Of a stretch of DNA of 64,000 nucleotides, positions 1 through 9,459 are shown in pieces. Source of the stretch: Nannocystis bainbridge (GTDB taxonomy: Bacteria; Myxococcota_A; Polyangia; Nannocystales; Nannocystaceae). The stretch lies in assembly GCF_028368995.1 (NCBI RefSeq), contig NZ_JAQNDL010000001.1, forward strand, positions 1,120,001-1,184,000, read 5' to 3'. Every line of letters begins with the position of its first letter. Position 1 is the first letter of the stretch. The notes beneath the pieces were generated by a model that saw only the letters and a program-made list of their open reading frames with translations, was not told the DNA's origin and did no database searches. The translations under genes and the position numbers were made by a program.

Positions 1-1566
1 GAGCTCCACCGGGTCGGCGAAGAAGCCCCGCCCCTCGCCGCCGGCGACGAGGACGCGGCTCTCGCTCTGCATCACCCTGACGAGCTCGGGGATCCGGTCG
101 CCGTCCATGTCCGCGAGTTGCACGCCCGGGTCGCCGAGGCGCATGCCGGCGGGCGGCGGCGGGACCGCCTCGGCCTCGAGGTAGCCCGGCTGGTCACGGT
201 GGCGCAGCCAGATCCAGCCGTCCGCGTCGTCATGCCGCAGGACGTCGATGCGACCGTCGAGGTTGAGGTCGACGACGGCGACCTGCGGATCAGCGAGCTC
301 GAAGCTGACGTCGAGCGTGATCGGCGTGACCTCGCCGAAGGGCGCGCCGCTCGTCGTCGTGTACGCCCACACCTCGTCAGCATTGGGCTGCGCGAGCAAG
401 TCCTCGATGCCGTCGCCGGTGAGATCGGCGAACCGCGCGGACTTCGTGAGCGCGAGCGCCGGCGAGGGGATGTCCGTCCAGGTCGCGGCGAGTGAGTCGC
501 CGCGACCCTTGCGGTAGCGCCACGCGCCTGGCGACGCGTCGAGGAGATCGGGGAGCGCGTCGCCGTCGATGTCGACCCACGCTCGGCCGTCGGCGGTCGG
601 ATCGAGCGCCGGCGCCCCGGCGAAGACTGCGACGCGCGCCTCGTCGGCGGCGCCCGTGTAGTCCAGGTGCCAGGATGGGAGCGCGGCTCCGTCGCTCGCA
701 ACAGTGCGGATGGTGATCAACCTGCTGGAGGGGATCCACGCGTCGCTCGAGTAGTCGAGGGTCGTGGTCCGCAAGACAGCGCCGTCGAACTCGGTGGCGA
801 TCGTGCGCAGACGGTGCCGCAGCTCCGTCGTGAAGCCGGGGGCGCGCGAGCGGACGATGTCGGGCCGCGCCTCGTACTCAAGCCGCACGACAGCGCGACC
901 GTCGTCGTATCGGATCGCGGCCAAGAGCGGCGGGGACCCTTCGAGGCGGACGTACTCGAAGTCGAGGCGGTTGCCGTGAGGATCTGTGACCGCGGAGAGT
1001 TCGAGGCGGTAGACGTTGCCGTTCTCCTCGAGGCGGGCCTCGGGCTCGATCCCGAAGAGGTAGCCCGTCCCATCCGTCGTGACGGCCGACATGGCGCCTC
1101 CCGCCAGCGCGCGGACGACCACCGGCGTGCCCTGCTCGATGCGTTCGCGGTAGACGCCATCCTCGACCTCGACGAGGTCCTCGCCACCTCCGAGGCCGCG
1201 GAGCTTCCAGCGGTCGGTGCCGTCGTAACGCGGGAGCCCTCCATGAAGGGAGCGCTCGATGGCGGGCTGCTCCAACGACCAGCCGAGGCCGACAGGACCC
1301 GAGCCGCTACCCGCATCGTACTGAAGTGCGATTTGGGGCTCGAGGCCGGCTCGCCCCGGGGGCACCTCAAGCGCGTAGCGAATCGACGGAAGCCCGCTCG
1401 CCGCGCTCACGTCGTACCCTTGACCGTGCCCCTCGATGGTCGCTGGACCCTTGGGGAGATTGATCGCGGTCGCGAGCGTCGCGCTGGTGTCGGCGTGGAC
1501 GAGCGTCGGGGCGAGCCAGGCGCCGAGTGCCAGCACGCCGATGAGGGAAGACAGCGATGCACGCAT
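1..1566 (-). CDS. Secreted SpvB/TcB-type N-terminal domain + FG-GAP repeat protein (probable TcB/RHS-YD toxin shell), partial at left edge
   Basis: Not in ORF track (no stop in window). Hand translation from ATG 1566 (AAGGA RBS): signal peptide MRASLSSLIGVLALGAWLAPTLVHA, then YALEVPPGRAGLEPQIALQYDAGSGSGPVGLGWSL..PAIERS...GLPRYDG (SpvB/TcdB N-terminal motif), VTDPHGNRLDFEY and FG-GAP-like repeats such as ADMDGDRIPELV; same frame reached at base 1. Confidence 0.85.
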   Translation of the reverse strand, partial: MRASLSSLIGVLALGAWLAPTLVHADTSATLATAINLPKGPATIEGHGQGYDVSAASGLPSIRYALEVPPGRAGLEPQIALQYDAGSGSGPVGLGWSLEQPAIERSLHGGLPRYDGTDRWKLRGLGGGEDLVEVEDGVYRERIEQGTPVVVRALAGGAMSAVTTDGTGYLFGIEPEARLEENGNVYRLELSAVTDPHGNRLDFEYVRLEGSPPLLAAIRYDDGRAVVRLEYEARPDIVRSRAPGFTTELRHRLRTIATEFDGAVLRTTTLDYSSDAWIPSSRLITIRTVASDGAALPSWHLDYTGAADEARVAVFAGAPALDPTADGRAWVDIDGDALPDLLDASPGAWRYRKGRGDSLAATWTDIPSPALALTKSARFADLTGDGIEDLLAQPNADEVWAYTTTSGAPFGEVTPITLDVSFELADPQVAVVDLNLDGRIDVLRHDDADGWIWLRHRDQPGYLEAEAVPPPPAGMRLGDPGVQLADMDGDRIPELVRVMQSESRVLVAGGEGRGFFADPVEL

Positions 1567-1602
1567 GACGGTCCTTTCGAGAGCGGCGACGTGGAGCCGT
1601 GG

Positions 1603-2109
1603 TTAGAAGCGCAGAGATAGCCCGAGAAACAGACCGCCTCGGCTGGGTCGTAGCAATGGGGTGAGTCGAGGCGGCGTGCGAGAGAGGTGACGCTGACGAT
1701 CCTGCTCGTCGAGCCACTGGCGATAGCGGTCGCGCCTGCGCGTGCCCTTCACCAGCAGCGGAATACCAACGGCTATCGAGACGACGCCGGGCACGACGAG
1801 ATAGTTGGCCACGCCGAGGAGGACATCGGCCACCGGGAGGTCGTCCCGGCCGAAGCCGACCGCGAGGAACGGAATCCCGAAGGCGAGCGCCCCGCCGCCG
1901 AGGGCAGTCAATGCGATGCCGGCCCTGCGCAGGCCCACACCGTCGTCCTCGGTGTAGGCGGCGCCGAATTGCTGCTCGAGCGCGGCGTAACGGGCCCTCA
2001 CGCTCGCGGCGGCCGAGGCCGTTCGAGGACTCCCGCCCTCGGCAGGAGTCGAGACGAGGAGGAGCGCGAGCGCCACAATCGGGGCGAGAAATGAATGGTT
2101 CGTGGGCAT
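1603..2109 (-). CDS. Hypothetical membrane protein (signal peptide + two hydrophobic segments)
   Basis: 168 aa, N-terminal hydrophobic signal, two TM-like stretches, C-terminal FLGLSLRF; co-oriented with neighbours. Confidence 0.6.
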   Translation of the reverse strand: MPTNHSFLAPIVALALLLVSTPAEGGSPRTASAAASVRARYAALEQQFGAAYTEDDGVGLRRAGIALTALGGGALAFGIPFLAVGFGRDDLPVADVLLGVANYLVVPGVVSIAVGIPLLVKGTRRRDRYRQWLDEQDRQRHLSRTPPRLTPLLRPSRGGLFLGLSLRF

Positions 2110-2142
2110 CGTGAATCCCTTGATGAACTTCAGGCCAGGCGC

Positions 2143-2910
2143 TCACGCGAAGTACGAGGAGTGTTCCTCGCTCGGTGAGGCTCGACTGCCCGGCTGGGCG
2201 CGAACCGACCTCGCTAGGACCGCCAGGCGCTCCGGGCTCACCAGCACGAGGAAGCGGCCCTCGCGGCGGACGACGCCCTTCGCTTCCAGCTGCCGAAGCT
2301 CGAGCGCGGCGGTCTCACGCGTCATGCAAGCGAACGCGGCGATCTCCTGTTGGGGCAGTCGCCACGGGAGCCGACACCCCTCCTCCGTGGTGATGCCGTG
2401 CACCGCAAACTCGAGGAGCACCGCGGCGACCTTCGACCTCGCGCTGTTCGTGAGCGCGGAGCACAGCCGCCCGGCAGAGCACGCCTGGCGCTCGATCAGC
2501 CGGGCATAGAGGGTCCGTTCCAGGTCGACGCGCGCGTCGAGCAAGCGGCGGAAGTCGTCCCGCGACAACTCGGAATAGACCACCGGAGTCGCGGCGAGCG
2601 CCATCGTGTCGCGCACCCGCGGTGTCCAGCAGCATTCCTCGCCGAACAGGTCCCCGCGGTGATGATGGGCGAGGCCGATCGCACCGCCGCCCGCGTCGAC
2701 GTGAAGCTCGTTGACGCGGCCGTCGTGGACGAGAAACACCTGACTGGCGACGTCTCCGGTGAGATACAGGACGTGCCGGCGCCGAACCGACCGGAGATGT
2801 CCTCGCTCCACGAGGGCTTGAAGCTGGATCTCTCCGATCCCCGCGAGGATGGGCTGAGACTGAAGGAGTTCGAAGTGCCGATCGATGGCCACGCGGACCT
2901 GACCTTTCAT
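2143..2910 (-). CDS. Crp/Fnr family transcriptional regulator
   Basis: LYLTGD..SQVFLVHDGRV, GDLFGEE (cNMP-binding fold), HTH LPQQEIAAFACMTRETAALELRQL; start chosen at ATG 2910 within ORF 2143..3156. Confidence 0.88.
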   Translation of the reverse strand: MKGQVRVAIDRHFELLQSQPILAGIGEIQLQALVERGHLRSVRRRHVLYLTGDVASQVFLVHDGRVNELHVDAGGGAIGLAHHHRGDLFGEECCWTPRVRDTMALAATPVVYSELSRDDFRRLLDARVDLERTLYARLIERQACSAGRLCSALTNSARSKVAAVLLEFAVHGITTEEGCRLPWRLPQQEIAAFACMTRETAALELRQLEAKGVVRREGRFLVLVSPERLAVLARSVRAQPGSRASPSEEHSSYFA

Positions 2911-2984
2911 GCAGGAACGAAAAGGAAGGCCGCTGCCCGCACGGGAGGGGGACGATGCGTGCGGGCAGCGACCCGGAGGGAACT

Positions 2985-5900
2985 TCAGCCGCAGCCCGGG
3001 GTGAACAGCCCTTGCCCTTGCGGCGCGAGCGTGCCGGCACGGTGGCGGAGGCGCAGGACGACGTCGCTGATGCGGCGGACTTCGAGGTCGCGGTTCGCCG
3101 GCGCTCGGTCCGCGGCGGGGATCGTGAGCGTCCACTGCTCCCCGTGGACCGGCCACGCCGCGAACCCCCAGTTCGCGCCGGCCGTGCCCCAGTCGTTCAC
3201 GCCCGCCTGGACCACGAGCTCGTCGCGCTCGAAGCTGTACGGGACGTACGCGTCCCAGTCGGGCAGCTCAGCGCCGTCGCAGCGACGAACGCCGGCGAGC
3301 CCCTGGCGGGTGAGGATGACCTCGCCCTCGGCGTCGCCGAGGTAATCGCCGACGAGCTTCACCTCGATCTGCTCGAGGCGGTCGTCGCAGAGCGACGCCG
3401 AGAACAACGCGTGCTCGAAGGCGCTGAGCGTGAACGGCAGGTGGACCGAGCCGTCCGGCGCGCGGTGCAGTGGATCCGTGAGAAGCGCCGAGAATTGCTC
3501 GGCCGGCGTCGCCGGTGAGCCGTCGACGTCTGGGATGTCGGAGGCCATGCCGAAGATGTCGGCACGCAAGCTGACCTCCGTGACGTAGGCCTGCGGGGCG
3601 CCCTGCTCGAGCCGATAGTCCTCCGCGATCGTGTCGAGGCAGGCGAGGAGGTCCACGAAGTCCGCGGGCGCTCGCGCTGCAGCGAGCGAGTTGCGGAGTG
3701 TCGGGAACTCCTGGTTGATGTGGTACTCGAGCGCCCGGAGGGCCAGGTAGACCCGGCGCAGGGTTTGTTCGCGCGTCCGCAGGACGCGGCCTGCCGCGGC
3801 GAGGCGCGCCGCGAGGAAGTTCGGACGCTTGAGCGGGTTGTCGGGGCTGTCGTCCACCAGCAGGCCGACCGCGTTCGCCTGATCGATGAGCAGCGCGCCC
3901 ACCTCCTGAAACGCGCTCGACATCGCGGTCATCGCGGTGTCCCGCGCGAGCTCGGCTTCCTTCACCTCGATCTGCAGGAGCAGCGCCTCGGAGCGCAGGT
4001 TCTTGACGCGCGCCTCCGACTCGGCGCGGCGGACGTTGAGCTCGCCGGCGCGGATGATGGCGTCCATCTCGGCGTTGATCATGCGCAGCTCGAGATCCTC
4101 GTTGCGGCTGAGCTCGTCCATCTCGCCCGCGAGATCGGCGTTGGCCATGAGGCTCTCGCACTGGTTGTCCGTCGCGGCGACGTGCGCCGCCTTCTGGGCC
4201 TCGCACTGGTCTCTCGCCAGCACCAGACCCCGCCAGTCGGGCGTCGAGAAGCCGAAGACGCCGGGCCCGGAGAGCAACGCCTGCTGCGTCTGTTGCTTGC
4301 ACCCGGCGATGAGGGACTGGTACTCCGCGTTGGCGCTGGCGCGCACGCGGGTGCATTCGGCGATCGCAGCGGCCTGCTCCGCGGCCGACCGCGCCGTGCC
4401 GTAAGCGGTGACGACATTGATGATCTTCCCCTGGGCGTCGGCCACTGCCTGCTCGAGCTCCGCGTGCGCCGCGAGCTCCGCCGCGAACCGCTGCTCCTCC
4501 ACCTCGACCGCGTCGAGGTTGTTCTGCACCGCCTGCGCGGCGTGGTTGATGCGCAGCGTCGTCGCCTCGATGTTTGCCTGCAGCTCCGCGATCTGCCCGC
4601 CGTGGTCCCCGCAGGTCGCCAGATCCGGGCCATTCTCGCCGGGGCGGCTGCCGCAGTAGCCGCGGAGCTTGCCGCCGTATTCGTCCTGGATCCGCAGCGC
4701 GGTGGCCTGGAGGTCGTGGGACTTCGTCTCGTAGTCGCGGATCGCCTGCCAGGCCTCCGCCGCGACCTGCTCGAACATCTCGAGGTCCCCCGTCGCCATC
4801 GCTTTGACGGCCTCGAAATTCGTCCGGCCCTCGGTAATGGAAGCCTGATCCAGGGCGAGCGGCACATACGCCGCCGGGTAGCCGAACCAGCTCCTGCCTT
4901 CGGCGAGCTCCGTGTGTACGCCGGCGAGCGTGTCGAGCACGCTGCCGAGCGCCTGGAGCCCCGGAGCGGCGTCCGCATCATCAGCGAGGCGCTCCGCCAG
5001 CTCGGCGCTCGCCGCGTGCGCGGCGATCATCGCCAGGCGAACGGCCGTGCGGAGATCCGCCGCCTCTTGACCGGCGCGATGGCCGAGCCGGGCCCACGCA
5101 GCGGTCGCCCTGGCGTACTGGGCCAGCAGCTCGAGCGAGATGGTGCGCGCACGCGCCAGGGAGTCGTAGTCCGCGTTGTTCGCGAGCCACTCGAGGCTGA
5201 CGGGGTAGACCGGCGCCAGCGTCGGTGCCAGCGCGGCCGCGAGGCGCGTGCGGCTGGCCTCGAGCAGCTTCAGCTCTCGCGCGAGCGCGTCCGCGACGGG
5301 CTCCCCGAGGGAGTCCTTGAACGACAATGCGACATCGACCTCCGACTCGAGCGCCAGCAGCATGGCCGCCCGGCCCTCGTCCGCCGCGAACGTCGCCGCA
5401 AGGCGGATGAAGGCTTCGCCCCAGGGTCCGGGCGTCTGCGCCGCACCGGCACGGAAGAGCGCGTTGGCGCAGCGCAGCCCGTCGACGTCGAGGCAGGTTC
5501 GGCCGTCGTCCCCGTATTCGGGCGTCTCCGCCGTGCAGTCAGTCCAGGTGTCGCTGCCGGCGGGCGGGCTCACGTCCAGGTCTCCCTGAAGCGGGGCGAG
5601 GACCGCGTCGATGTTGAACGTCGCCTCGCGGAGGGCCTCGGCGCACTCGAGCCGGTCCGCGGCCGTGCATCCACCGGTCGCACAGGCGCTGCAGGCGGCG
5701 CTCGGCTCGACCAGGGCCTCATCGGTGCCGAAGGACTCTCCAAGCAGCACGCAGGCCTCGAAGTCGAGGCTCGGCGGCGCGAGCCACGTCGGCGCGGTCG
5801 CATCCTCGGGCACGTACGCCGCCGGGAGCACGAGGCCTCCGAGGGGTCCACGACGCCGCAGTACGAACGACCCCGCGAGCTCGACAGGCGTGGGGCGCAT

Positions 5901-6815
5901 GCCCGTGAGGGTCTCGTGGACCGAACCCGCGATCTGGTCCGCCGTGTGCTTGCCGCTCAGGACGAATTCGCGGCCGAGCTCGCGGGCGATGGGGCTGTGT
6001 CGCCAGTCCTCGGCGGGGAGCCGATCCCGCAGCACGACCGCCACGTCGCCGCCCGAGGTCCACGTCCCCGTGACGACCACCGGAAGCGGCCACAAGGGGC
6101 TCGCGTCGCCGCGGACACGACCCGCGATCGTCCCGCCGTCCCTGAAATCGAGCTCCAGCGCCAGCGCGGCGCTACCCAGGCCGACGTCGCCCGCCTCATG
6201 CTGCAGTGCCCCCTCGAAGTAGCCGGACTGTGGCAGGCCCTCCACTTCGATCGACCAAAGCAGCGTGCCCCCGCCGGCGACGATCTGGACCGGCAGCACG
6301 CGATGATCCGGCGAGATCTGGGCCCAGTCGAGGGCGACGACCAGCTCGACCTCCTCACCGGCTCCGAGCTCGGAAGGCGCCGGATCGAACGACAGCGCCG
6401 AGCTTCCGGCCGCGAGGCGGTACATGAGGGGGTGCGGGCTGTCGTTGCTGAGGACGGTGGTCGCGGCAGGGTCGCCAGGACGTACGATCGTCGTGCGGGA
6501 CGCCAGCACGGGCACCGCGGAGATCACGAGCGGCGCCTGCTCGTCGCCGACGCAGCGCCCGTGCGCGTCACACGTGCCCCCGCCGCAGACGGCATCACTC
6601 GGGCAGCCATCGACGCATACGCGCAGCTCGCAGTAGCGGCCCGCGCCACAGTCCGCGTCGAGCAAGCACACCGTGCCGGGCGGTCTGGTGGCCGCGGGCT
6701 GGAGAATGTCGAATGTTGTGTCCGACGACGTACCCGGTGCGTGGGCAACATCCGTATGACAGGCCAGAAGACAAGAGAGCGCCCATGGGGCCATCCGGAG
6801 GTAACGCGTACTCAT
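2985..6815 (-). CDS. Large lipoprotein: Cys-rich head, long coiled coil, Tc-toxin A-subunit-like C-terminal region
   Basis: 1276 aa; lipobox LLAC; Cys-rich CLLDADC..CELRVCVDGC..C; heptad coiled coil; C-terminal VTEVSL, RLEQIEV, QWTLTIP, ISDVVLRLRH motifs in the order expected for the TcA TcB-binding domain. Confidence 0.7.
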   Translation of the reverse strand: MSTRYLRMAPWALSCLLACHTDVAHAPGTSSDTTFDILQPAATRPPGTVCLLDADCGAGRYCELRVCVDGCPSDAVCGGGTCDAHGRCVGDEQAPLVISAVPVLASRTTIVRPGDPAATTVLSNDSPHPLMYRLAAGSSALSFDPAPSELGAGEEVELVVALDWAQISPDHRVLPVQIVAGGGTLLWSIEVEGLPQSGYFEGALQHEAGDVGLGSAALALELDFRDGGTIAGRVRGDASPLWPLPVVVTGTWTSGGDVAVVLRDRLPAEDWRHSPIARELGREFVLSGKHTADQIAGSVHETLTGMRPTPVELAGSFVLRRRGPLGGLVLPAAYVPEDATAPTWLAPPSLDFEACVLLGESFGTDEALVEPSAACSACATGGCTAADRLECAEALREATFNIDAVLAPLQGDLDVSPPAGSDTWTDCTAETPEYGDDGRTCLDVDGLRCANALFRAGAAQTPGPWGEAFIRLAATFAADEGRAAMLLALESEVDVALSFKDSLGEPVADALARELKLLEASRTRLAAALAPTLAPVYPVSLEWLANNADYDSLARARTISLELLAQYARATAAWARLGHRAGQEAADLRTAVRLAMIAAHAASAELAERLADDADAAPGLQALGSVLDTLAGVHTELAEGRSWFGYPAAYVPLALDQASITEGRTNFEAVKAMATGDLEMFEQVAAEAWQAIRDYETKSHDLQATALRIQDEYGGKLRGYCGSRPGENGPDLATCGDHGGQIAELQANIEATTLRINHAAQAVQNNLDAVEVEEQRFAAELAAHAELEQAVADAQGKIINVVTAYGTARSAAEQAAAIAECTRVRASANAEYQSLIAGCKQQTQQALLSGPGVFGFSTPDWRGLVLARDQCEAQKAAHVAATDNQCESLMANADLAGEMDELSRNEDLELRMINAEMDAIIRAGELNVRRAESEARVKNLRSEALLLQIEVKEAELARDTAMTAMSSAFQEVGALLIDQANAVGLLVDDSPDNPLKRPNFLAARLAAAGRVLRTREQTLRRVYLALRALEYHINQEFPTLRNSLAAARAPADFVDLLACLDTIAEDYRLEQGAPQAYVTEVSLRADIFGMASDIPDVDGSPATPAEQFSALLTDPLHRAPDGSVHLPFTLSAFEHALFSASLCDDRLEQIEVKLVGDYLGDAEGEVILTRQGLAGVRRCDGAELPDWDAYVPYSFERDELVVQAGVNDWGTAGANWGFAAWPVHGEQWTLTIPAADRAPANRDLEVRRISDVVLRLRHRAGTLAPQGQGLFTPGCG

Positions 6816-6962
6816 GACACACCTTTCCCGTGACGCCTGAAGCGGCGCGATCGAGCGAACGAACTCGGCGGCGGCAGCCGTCGTCGGGCGCCCGGAGCGG
6901 GCGCGGAGTAGATCAGGAGGCGTGCGCCTCAGGGTTGAAGAGAAATGGAGTCCCGCTTGATC

Positions 6963-7697
6963 TCATCGCCCACCTCGTCTCACTCGGCGGCGAGCGGGCG
7001 GGGACGGCTCCGTATCCGCGTCGTCGCTCGTCAAGGCCCGCAATCCCACGATATCGCGGAGGACGATGGCCTCGTCTGCTCTTACAATGAAGCCCTCGAG
7101 CTCAAGGCGCTGAAGTTCGACAGCAATCGTCTCTCGCGTCGCACCGACAAGCGCGGCGAGCTCTCGCTGGCGCAGACGCACGCGCCGCTGCTGCCCTCGC
7201 CCGTCCTGATCTCCCATATCGAGCAGCACCGCGGCGAGACGAGCGCGGACACTGCGGTTCAATACCGCGAAGGTACGACGCAAGGCGGCATCCCGATGCG
7301 CGATGGCCTGCTCCATCAGCGCTCGTTCAACGCCCGGATGTTCGTCGAGAAACAGCCGGAAGCAGGCGCGAGTGAACGTCGTCGCCCAAACAGGAGCGAC
7401 CACGACAGCGTCATCCTCCCAAATCGCCGTTTGCCAGAGACAGCCTTCGCCTACGACGTCGCCCGAGCGGCGGATATCAATTGTGACCACTCGATGCGGG
7501 CTCGCACGTCGGCCGATTGCGATGCGCCCCGAGTGGATGAGGTAGACGTGCTCGGCGGGATCGCCAGACGAGTGAATGCTGCTCCCAGCAGGGTGCTCGC
7601 GGGTAACCGCGGATTCGACAAGCACCGCGAGGCTCGACGGCGGCAGCACCCCGACAGGGAGCCGCCGAAAAAAGTCGTGGACGGTTCTGACGTGCAT
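6963..7697 (-). CDS. Crp/Fnr family transcriptional regulator
   Basis: SSGDPAEHVYLIHSGRI, GDVVGE, HTH LRQRELAALVGATRETIAVELQRL. Confidence 0.88.
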   Translation of the reverse strand: MHVRTVHDFFRRLPVGVLPPSSLAVLVESAVTREHPAGSSIHSSGDPAEHVYLIHSGRIAIGRRASPHRVVTIDIRRSGDVVGEGCLWQTAIWEDDAVVVAPVWATTFTRACFRLFLDEHPGVERALMEQAIAHRDAALRRTFAVLNRSVRARLAAVLLDMGDQDGRGQQRRVRLRQRELAALVGATRETIAVELQRLELEGFIVRADEAIVLRDIVGLRALTSDDADTEPSPPARRRVRRGGR

Positions 7698-7721
7698 GCG
7701 CCGGTCTCCACCTGCCGGCAG

Positions 7722-8051
7722 TCAGTGCGGTCCACCCGTCGAGCCAGGGCCCGGAGGCCACGCCAGTCGACGCGAGCCGAAGTGCCGGTCGACCAGCGCC
7801 GCGAGTTCACGAGATACCAGACGGACCCCGGAGCGGCCCACAAGCTCCGCGTCTCGCGGCAGCTCGTCGCCGTCAGGCTGGAGTAGAAGAGGCGCATCGG
7901 GTGCGCACAGCAGCCACTGGGCTCCTGTCGCGTCCACATACCAGACCCGCGTCCGGTTCATGTAGAAGCCCGGTTTTAGCCGCCGAACTTCATGGATCGT
8001 GACCTCGAACTCGTGTTCGTCTGTGCTCGAAGATCGCTCGGAATCGCTCAT
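7722..8051 (-). CDS. Hypothetical protein
   Basis: 109-aa ATG-started ORF co-oriented upstream of the Crp gene; no recognisable motif. Confidence 0.4.
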   Translation of the reverse strand: MSDSERSSSTDEHEFEVTIHEVRRLKPGFYMNRTRVWYVDATGAQWLLCAPDAPLLLQPDGDELPRDAELVGRSGVRLVSRELAALVDRHFGSRRLAWPPGPGSTGGPH

Positions 8052-8106
8052 CGAGAGAGTATCTCCGTGAAAACCTACGAAAAGCTAAAGTCATTTACAG
8101 ATATAT

Positions 8107-8121
8107 GCAAGATTAACTTGC
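8107..8121. promoter_or_regulatory. Inverted repeat GCAAG-ATTAA-CTTGC in an AT-rich divergent intergenic region (candidate operator)
   Basis: 5-bp arms with 5-bp spacer inside AT-rich stretch 8069-8133 between divergent ORFs. Confidence 0.4.
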
Positions 8122-8155
8122 TGGAAAATTAAGAGGATGTACCCTCGTCGAAGTC

Positions 8156-8635
8156 ATGGAACGCGTCCAGTCTGGGGCCACCGGACCCCTTCCATCTCCC
8201 GGGACCGTCCGGGACAAGGCCCTCGACGCACCGAGGGCACCACGCTTCGCCACTCCCTCGGAGCTCACCGAGGCGCTCGGCGCAGGGGACGTGTTCGCGG
8301 TCCGCGAGGCCTTCCCCAACATCTACGCGACGACAGACCAAGTCGCAGGCGCCGGTGAAATCGAGCGCGGAACGGTCGGTGATTGGGTGCGCGCCGGCCT
8401 CCTGCCGGCGCCAGGAGGCAGCGGCGGGCGTGGCAACAAGGCCAGGTTCCCGCTGTTCGCGGTCACCCTCGCCAAGTTCATCCGGGAGCAACGAAAGCAG
8501 GGATTCGGCCTCCCGGACCTGCGACCTATCATGGTGGCCACTTTTTGCCCGCGGATCCTTGAACTACTTGCACCCCCGCGCGAGTCACGTTCCGAACTCG
8601 CCAAGCGAAAGCAGCAAGAGCGCTCGCAGGAATGA
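8156..8635 (+). CDS. MerR/excisionase-like HTH DNA-binding protein
   Basis: TTDQVAGAGEIERGTVGDWVRAGLLPAP..GGRGNKARFP...QGFGLPDLR; paralogue of 22787..23089. Confidence 0.65.
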   Translation: MERVQSGATGPLPSPGTVRDKALDAPRAPRFATPSELTEALGAGDVFAVREAFPNIYATTDQVAGAGEIERGTVGDWVRAGLLPAPGGSGGRGNKARFPLFAVTLAKFIREQRKQGFGLPDLRPIMVATFCPRILELLAPPRESRSELAKRKQQERSQE

Positions 8636-9006
8636 TGTTGCCGTTGTTCGGGCTCGCTGCCGATGACGATCTCGCTATTGATGCGCCCGGCTCGCTGTCG
8701 TTTTTCCGGAGGAGAAGGATGCCGATCGAAACTTGCCTCGTCGCCCTAAGTTTGGTTGCAGCCGGGGTCTACTACGACGACCCCCGTCTGCTCTTTGGTG
8801 GGCTCTTCATCGTGGTGGGCGCTGCGACGTACTGGGCAGCCACGCTGATTTTGCAAGTCGGTGAGCTCTTGGAGGACAAGCGCCGCCTCGAGGCGCAGAT
8901 ACAGGACACTGTGAAAGCGCTCGCGCTGGCGCTGCAGGAACGCGACGCGGCACTGCAGGCCGTTGCCTCGATCCGGATCGAGGTGGAAGGTTGCGAGGAT
9001 GCCTGA
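8632..9006 (+). CDS. Small membrane protein with C-terminal coiled coil
   Basis: Two hydrophobic segments then LEDKRRLEAQIQD..LQERDAALQ; ATGA overlap with upstream gene. Confidence 0.55.
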   Translation: MMLPLFGLAADDDLAIDAPGSLSFFRRRRMPIETCLVALSLVAAGVYYDDPRLLFGGLFIVVGAATYWAATLILQVGELLEDKRRLEAQIQDTVKALALALQERDAALQAVASIRIEVEGCEDA

Positions 9007-9459
9007 TCTTCACCCAGCCGTGACATGGACGACCCGGAACTTGTTCGACTCCCGCGCGAAAGGCGGGGGAAGTGCGATACGCTTGACCGTGGAGCAGGTT
9101 GGAGGCGACACCTGGGCGGACGTGGAACGTCGGACAGGAACTTTTGCACATTGGCGAGAGCGGCGTCTACTCCTGCGACCTTACGGATGCGCTGGCGCCT
9201 GATCACCTTTCGGATGTGCTCGAAGAGGTCTCGGTGCGGCGCGATGAGGCCGGCCGCCACGGTCCGAGCCGAGCTGAGTCACGGCGCCATCGCCTCGCCT
9301 TGGCCTGTCGGCGGTACTCATCGACGGCGGCGTCCAACTCGGCGAGCCCTCGTCGCTGATGTTCTGCGCGGCTGACCAGGCGGCCAGCCTTGGGCCACTG
9401 CAGGAGCTCGCAGACATGCTACCCGCCGCCACTGCGAGCCGACGGCGACCGGGTGTGCT

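Noticed and set aside
3720-6833. 1037-aa plus-strand ORF
   Set aside because: Antisense shadow of the TcA-like gene, typical of high-GC DNA; no motifs
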